From Patescibacteria group bacterium (lineage in GTDB: Bacteria; Patescibacteriota; Microgenomatia; Levybacterales; UBA12049): a stretch of DNA of 64,000 nucleotides. The first letter of the stretch is position 1; each line of letters opens with the position of its first letter. The stretch covers positions 8,659-72,658 of the forward strand of contig JAMDAA010000015.1 of the NCBI GenBank assembly GCA_023484045.1. The letters are read 5' to 3'. The notes below the pieces were generated by a model that was not told where the DNA came from, did no database searches, and saw only the letters and a list, made by a program, of their open reading frames with translations. The position numbers were made by a program, and so were the translations under genes. Positions 59,341 to 64,000 of this stretch are shown here, piece after piece.

Positions 59341-60129
59341 ATGTCACTGCCAGAGCCCGAAGCAAAAGCTATCAAGGAAAGAATCGCTGAACATGAAAAT
59401 ACAGCAGAGATTCTTTGGGGGCAAGGAAGTACAGCATACTGCGGTGTTCCCATCAAGTTACATCCAGAGTTTAAAAGGGCTTTTATCAGAAGACAGCCTT
59501 TTTTTAAAGATCAGTTTCCTAAACGCCAATTTCATAAAATGACAGATAGTTTATGCGTGTGCATTGATAAAAGTACCTCATTACTCGCTGCTTTTCCAGG
59601 ATTACAAATAGCTTTTGAAGACAAAACTGCTAAGTTTGGAACTACTAGTACAGAAGTTGTTGTAAACGGTGCTTATATTGCTACTATACAATCACAAACA
59701 ATATATATCTCATCAATCGAGCGACCGGAAGAATCGGTAGAGGATGTTTTTTCTCATGAGTTTGGTCACCACATCCACTTTTATTTTACTCCGGAGCAGC
59801 ATATGGAGTTTTTTGAGCGACAACAATGGTATGTAGGTGACGGTCGTTACCGAAGAGTCGCAACGCCAAGTGATATTATCTCTGAAAAATACACCAATAA
59901 AGAGATAAGTACGCCGCGTTGGGAGCTATTCGACAAGTATGGAATAATAAGAAATCAATATAGATATGTTCATCCACATGAAATGGTCGCTACGGTCGTT
60001 GAGGAAAATTGGAGAAACTTACTACAATTTCTTCAGTTAACTGGTGAATCCAACCAAACAGGAATAATTAGGTTTATTCTAGATAAAATTCCTTTGGTTC
60101 CAAATAGTACATCTGAAATTAGAACTTAA
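59341..60129 (+). CDS. Hypothetical zincin-like protein
   Basis: SHEFGHH and downstream Y..P.E..A. Confidence 0.55.
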   Translation: MSLPEPEAKAIKERIAEHENTAEILWGQGSTAYCGVPIKLHPEFKRAFIRRQPFFKDQFPKRQFHKMTDSLCVCIDKSTSLLAAFPGLQIAFEDKTAKFGTTSTEVVVNGAYIATIQSQTIYISSIERPEESVEDVFSHEFGHHIHFYFTPEQHMEFFERQQWYVGDGRYRRVATPSDIISEKYTNKEISTPRWELFDKYGIIRNQYRYVHPHEMVATVVEENWRNLLQFLQLTGESNQTGIIRFILDKIPLVPNSTSEIRT

Positions 60130-60171
60130 TTGAATACTATTTAGAGAAAAAGATTTGCATTTCAGAATAAC

Positions 60172-61581
60172 TTAAATTCTTGGGAAAAGGGGAGGTTGAG
60201 ATTTAATCTGATTTTCAGAAAATTGTTTTTCGATTTTTTCGGCAGTTTCGGGCAAGAAAGGTTTTAGATTAAATGCGATATTTTGAATTTCAATAACATA
60301 GTTTTTTAATTTATTTTTCGCCTCATCCCTGTTTAATTCCCACGGTTTTTCTTCGTTAATTTTTTTATCAACATCTGTTATTTTTCTCCAAATCTCTTTT
60401 AATCCATCGTTTAATCGATATTCACGAATCGCTTTTTCGACATTTTCGTCAAATTTCACTTCAAAATTTTCCCCCTCGACTCCATTTTTTTCGCAAAGTT
60501 TTGCGACTCGAGCAACTAAGTTTCCCAATCCATTTGCTAAATCAGAATTATAAGCTTGTTTTAATTTTTCTTCTGAAACATCACTGTCTTCGGTTACTGT
60601 GCAATAGCGCAAAAGATAATATCTCACGCCGTCTGTCCCATATTTTTTAACCCATTCAGAAGGTCGAATAATATTACCAAGAGATTTACTGATTTTTTCG
60701 CCGTTTAATTTTAAAAATCCATTAACAAGAATTGTCTTTGGAAGTTCGATTCCCGCTGATTTTAGCATCGCCGGCCACAAAAGCGAATGCCAGCGCAGAT
60801 TATCTTTTCCTAAAACATGAACGTCAGCCGGCCAGAATTTTTCAAACAGAGTTTCGTCTTCCAAAAAACCAACGCCGGTTAAATAATTTATTAATGCGTC
60901 AAACCAAACGTAAATTACCTGACCTGGATCATTTGGTACTTTAATTCCCCAGGTAAAATTAGTGCGTGATACAGGAACATCTTTAATGTTTTTTGCAAAT
61001 TCGAGCATTTCGTTTCTCCGCGCTTTTGGAAAAATAGAATCTTGATTTTTTTTGATGTGGTCGATCAAAAAATTGCTATATTTTGACCATTTAAAAAAAT
61101 AATTTTTTTCTGTTATTTTTTTAACTTCAAGATTTAAATGAAGGGGACATTTCCCGTTTTTTAGATCATCTTCAAAATAATACGCCTCGCACCCTTCACA
61201 ATATATTCCCGTGTATTCTCCGAGATAAATGTCATCGTTATTATTCACCCTGTTCCATATTTCCGAAACTACTTTTTCGTGATCTGGATCGGTTGTTCTT
61301 ATAAACCTGTCATAAGAAATATTTAGAGAATCTTGTTCTTTTTGATCGGTGTCAGAGATCTCTTTTACGAACTCGGCAGGGGAAACACCCTTGTCTTTTG
61401 CCGCTTTTTCCGATTTTTTGCCATACTCGTCCGTGCCGGTTAGAAAAAAAACATTTTCTTTTCCGATTTTTATTCGATAGTACCGCGCTAAAACATCGGC
61501 GATTATCTTTTGAAAAGCGTGGCCGATGTGGATAGTGTCGTTTACGTAATCGATAGCTGTTGTTACATAAAATTTATTCAT
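60172..61581 (-). CDS. metG: Methionyl-tRNA synthetase (short form)
   Basis: HIGH, GTDE.G, CEGC..CP.H knuckle, YVWFDAL.NY, KISKS. Confidence 0.96.
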   Translation of the reverse strand: MNKFYVTTAIDYVNDTIHIGHAFQKIIADVLARYYRIKIGKENVFFLTGTDEYGKKSEKAAKDKGVSPAEFVKEISDTDQKEQDSLNISYDRFIRTTDPDHEKVVSEIWNRVNNNDDIYLGEYTGIYCEGCEAYYFEDDLKNGKCPLHLNLEVKKITEKNYFFKWSKYSNFLIDHIKKNQDSIFPKARRNEMLEFAKNIKDVPVSRTNFTWGIKVPNDPGQVIYVWFDALINYLTGVGFLEDETLFEKFWPADVHVLGKDNLRWHSLLWPAMLKSAGIELPKTILVNGFLKLNGEKISKSLGNIIRPSEWVKKYGTDGVRYYLLRYCTVTEDSDVSEEKLKQAYNSDLANGLGNLVARVAKLCEKNGVEGENFEVKFDENVEKAIREYRLNDGLKEIWRKITDVDKKINEEKPWELNRDEAKNKLKNYVIEIQNIAFNLKPFLPETAEKIEKQFSENQIKSQPPLFPRI

Positions 61582-61626
61582 ATATTAAGAAATTCTACCA
61601 GAAAATGAGATTACACACAACGATTA

Positions 61627-61654
61627 TAGTTCAATGATTTGAACCATTAAACTA
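61627..61654. promoter_or_regulatory. Palindromic site A (overlaps the TrpR-like stop, upstream of metG)
   Basis: TAGTTCAATGA-TTTGAA-CCATTAAACTA. Confidence 0.75.
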
Positions 61655-62110
61655 TAATAAATGTCTTCGGAGTCTTCTTTTGAATATTTCCTTTCCTTTT
61701 TTTTGTTTCTTTTCAAATCCTATACTGCCATACATTTTTGGAGGAGATAGTTTAAGCAGTAATTCCTCTATTTTATCGACAAACTCTTCTTTTTTCTGAT
61801 TCACAAAAATTTTATTAATGACTTTTTGATATCCGCTTTTGCCATGTTTTAGAAAGTAGGAAACATTCATAATGGTCGGTCTTGAAACTTTTATTTTATC
61901 GACTATTTCGTCGTAAGTATAATTTCTTGAAAGAAGTATCGCTATGGCCAACCGCTTTGTTAACATAACCTTTTCTGTTGGAGAGAGAAGGTCTTCTATG
62001 AAATTTTGGGCGTCGGTCGGATTTTTAAGTTCTATAACCGTTTCGATAAATAATCGAAAAATAGATTCCGCGAGCTCCCTATTAAGAATTCTTCTAGATA
62101 TTCTCCCCAT
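61652..62110 (-). CDS. TrpR-like YerC/YecD family HTH protein
   Basis: DLLSPTE..ML.KRLAIA.LL, Y.EI, VS..TI..V...L..G..GY. Confidence 0.85.
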   Translation of the reverse strand: MGRISRRILNRELAESIFRLFIETVIELKNPTDAQNFIEDLLSPTEKVMLTKRLAIAILLSRNYTYDEIVDKIKVSRPTIMNVSYFLKHGKSGYQKVINKIFVNQKKEEFVDKIEELLLKLSPPKMYGSIGFEKKQKKGKEIFKRRLRRHLL

Positions 62111-62111
62111 T

Positions 62112-62139
62112 CAGTTCAATAGTTTGAACCATTGAACTA
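62112..62139. promoter_or_regulatory. Palindromic site B (in promoter of TrpR-like gene)
   Basis: CAGTTCAATAG-TTTGAA-CCATTGAACTA; minus-strand TTGACA at 62144-49. Confidence 0.75.
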
Positions 62140-62194
62140 AATTTGTCAAGATTTAATATTTCAATATTAAGATTCATTAAGATTATTGTTAAGA

Positions 62195-62533
62195 TTATTG
62201 CTTGCGGCTGAAGAAAAGCTCGATGGTTAGAAAGAGCGCGATTAAAACGATTAGAAAGAATACATGTGTTAAGTTCAATAGTCTTAAAATAAGAAAACTT
62301 ATAACAAATAATCCAAGCAGTAATCCCCGTCGAAAGTTACTCAAAACTAAAGCTATCAAAAAACTGATTAGAAAAAATAAGGTTGTTAAAAATAAGGGAA
62401 TGATCGGGATTTTAAGATCGAATAAAGATAATTTAGAATCAGGAGACAAAAATAATAACAAATATAAAAATAACCCCAAAAAAATAATAGTTGAGAGTAA
62501 ATTAATAAACCTCTGCCTTCTTTTCTTCCGCAT
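62195..62533 (-). CDS. Hypothetical small membrane protein
   Basis: Basic N-terminus, 4 hydrophobic segments, RRG.L motif. Confidence 0.65.
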   Translation of the reverse strand: MRKKRRQRFINLLSTIIFLGLFLYLLLFLSPDSKLSLFDLKIPIIPLFLTTLFFLISFLIALVLSNFRRGLLLGLFVISFLILRLLNLTHVFFLIVLIALFLTIELFFSRKQ

Positions 62534-62574
62534 AGATTTAGTTTAACATAAAAGCTATAATAGGCCCATCAAAT

Positions 62575-63240
62575 ATGACTCAAAAACAAATTAAAATTAT
62601 CGAAAAAGTAAAATCAGAAGTTAAAAAATCTTTAAAAAATGATTCGACCGGTCATGATTATTGGCACGCGGAAAGGGTCAGAAAAATGGCCAGAAGAATT
62701 GTTGAAACAGAAAAAGTGAAAGTTAATTTATTTGTAGTAGAATTAGCATCCCTTTTGCATGATATTGCGGATTGGAAGTTTTATGAAGGCGATTTGGAAG
62801 TCGGACCAAAAAAAGCAAAGAAAATGCTGTCTCGATATAAAGTAGAAAAAAAAGTAGTCGATCACGTTGTCAAAATAATCAAAAACATTTCTTTTAAAGG
62901 CGCAGGGGTTTTAAATACGATGAGAACTTTAGAAGGTAAAATAGTTCAGGATGCGGACAAACTTGATGCTATAGGTGCAATCGGGATTGCGAGGATTTTT
63001 GCATTCGGCGGAAAAATGAATTTTCCGATTCACGATCCAAACATAAAGCTAACATTTCATAAAACTTTCGAGGAATATAAAACAAAATCGACAACCACGA
63101 TTAATCACTTTTATGAAAAATTGCTTTTACTGAGGGACAGAATGAATACAAAAACAGGAAGAGAGATTGCAGAAAAGAGACATAAGTTTCTGAAGCGTTA
63201 TTTAGATAGATTTTTAGAGGAATGGGAAGGGAAGAATTGA
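62575..63240 (+). CDS. HD-domain phosphohydrolase (YedJ/YpgQ-like)
   Basis: GHD.WH..RV, LLHDIAD, VQDADKLDAIGAIGIAR, HFYEKLL. Confidence 0.92.
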   Translation: MTQKQIKIIEKVKSEVKKSLKNDSTGHDYWHAERVRKMARRIVETEKVKVNLFVVELASLLHDIADWKFYEGDLEVGPKKAKKMLSRYKVEKKVVDHVVKIIKNISFKGAGVLNTMRTLEGKIVQDADKLDAIGAIGIARIFAFGGKMNFPIHDPNIKLTFHKTFEEYKTKSTTTINHFYEKLLLLRDRMNTKTGREIAEKRHKFLKRYLDRFLEEWEGKN

Positions 63241-63246
63241 CTTCTT

Positions 63247-63340
63247 GACCCTCCTAATCTTAGCATTCGCCTTACCTACTATTCGTAGCGCGGCTCATGC
63301 TGCGATTTTAGGAAGGGTCGGCGCCCCAATAAATTGGGGC
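63247..63340. repeat. Structured GC-rich intergenic element plus perfect hairpin
   Basis: GACCCT-CCTAA...TTAGG-A-AGGGTC outer stem with inner AGCAT/ATGCT and CTAC/GTAG stems; then GCCCCAAT-AA-ATTGGGGC. Confidence 0.6.
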
Positions 63341-63378
63341 TTGACAAGAAATTGGCAGTCATGTTAAGATACTGCTAA
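63341..63378 (+). promoter_or_regulatory. hrcA promoter with CIRCE
   Basis: TTGACA at 63341; TGnTAAGAT; TTGGCAGTC-N9-TACTGCTAA at 63352-78. Confidence 0.8.
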
Positions 63379-63423
63379 TCCTTCGACAAGCTCAGGATCT
63401 TCGATCCTCAACGAGCTCAGGAT
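63378..63423 (+). repeat. Tandem ATCCT...GCTCAGGAT REP-like hairpins in hrcA leader
   Basis: ATCCT-TCGACAAGCTC-AGGAT and ATCCT-CAACGAGCTC-AGGAT. Confidence 0.65.
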
Positions 63424-63430
63424 TTTCAAT

Positions 63431-64000
63431 ATGCATGATTTAACTCAACGACAAGTCGAAATATTAAAAAGCGTAATCGAAGAATACATCGAAACCGCAG
63501 AACCTGTTGGTTCTGAAACCCTCGAAAAAAAACACAGTTTAAGTACGTCTCCGGCGACGATCAGAAACGAAATGGTCCGGCTCACAGAGCTAGGATATCT
63601 TAAAAAACAGCATGTTTCTGCGGGTCGTGTCCCGACCCCAAAGGGAATGAAATTTTACGTCAGACAGCTCATGAAAGAAAAAGAGCTTTCGACAGCAGAA
63701 GAAGTCGCAGTAAAAGAAGGGCTTTGGGATTATCGTAATCAGACGGATAAATTTATGAGAGAACTCACAAAATCATTAGCAGAAAAAACAAAAGCTTTGG
63801 CCATTGTTACGACTGATCAAGGTGATTTCTATTGCGCGGGTTACGCAAATATTTTGGAAATGCCCGAATTTTTTGACATAAATATCACAAGATCGCTTCT
63901 TGAGATGCTTGACGAATCGGACTATTTCATTAAAAATTTTATGGACATACAAGACGAAGAAGATGTTCATATTTTTTTAGAAGATGAATTAGGGCCCAAA
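63431..64000 (+). CDS. hrcA: Heat-inducible transcription repressor HrcA (runs off window end; absent from ORF track)
   Basis: Own translation MHDLTQRQVEILKSVIEEYIETAEPVGS...SPATIRNEM..L...GYL...H.SAGRVPT. Confidence 0.95.
   Translation, partial: MHDLTQRQVEILKSVIEEYIETAEPVGSETLEKKHSLSTSPATIRNEMVRLTELGYLKKQHVSAGRVPTPKGMKFYVRQLMKEKELSTAEEVAVKEGLWDYRNQTDKFMRELTKSLAEKTKALAIVTTDQGDFYCAGYANILEMPEFFDINITRSLLEMLDESDYFIKNFMDIQDEEDVHIFLEDELGPK

Noticed and set aside
61627-62139. Chromosomal dif site
   Set aside because: The geometry fits, but the arms do not resemble the XerD arm TTATGTTAAAT and there are two copies. Kept only as an operator/cassette hypothesis.
63776-63970. 64-aa minus-strand ORF and the many other short antisense or nested ORFs in the track
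   Set aside because: They are shadows of well-supported genes on the other strand or frame (here hrcA).

Overview
AT-rich, gene-dense bacterial DNA using the standard genetic code. Gene content suggests a Candidate Phyla Radiation (Patescibacteria, probably Microgenomates-type) genome; this is an inference from the short TpiA, PilN/PilO, many GT-C glycosyltransferases, Pro/Thr-rich and Cys-rich surface proteins and orphan ORFs. Bases 1-19.5 kb are an accessory-looking region ending at tRNA-Asn. It holds GAP-family and HdeD membrane proteins, a choloylglycine hydrolase, arsM with an AbrB-fold partner, PfpI, a phosphatase, ORFans and pseudogenes. Bases 19.8-64 kb are mostly core genes: sodN/sodX, femX-like, pcrA, tpiA, LCP, a pilNO-glycosylation operon, rpsT, murJ, purN-like, lepA, a MacAB-like exporter, groES/EL, an envelope glycan operon, tatD, a DUF433/DUF5615 TA pair, yjjX, metG, a TrpR-like regulator and partial hrcA. 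No CRISPR array, rRNA, integrase or transposase was seen. The most striking non-gene signals are: (1) short GC-rich palindromic elements and 7-bp-period tandem tracts inside the open reading frames of housekeeping genes, where excising the hairpin restores a clean heptamer array in lepA and femX; (2) a TrpR/YerC-like gene bracketed by two near-identical 28-bp 11-6-11 palindromes; (3) a tRNA-Asn whose acceptor stem is extended to a 16-bp perfect inverted repeat and which lacks encoded CCA; (4) an AbrB-fold Cys-Cys protein in place of ArsR at arsM; (5) an unannotated 39-aa bS22-like basic ORF; (6) apparent CGATCG over-representation. All family calls come from motif recognition by eye, not database searches.
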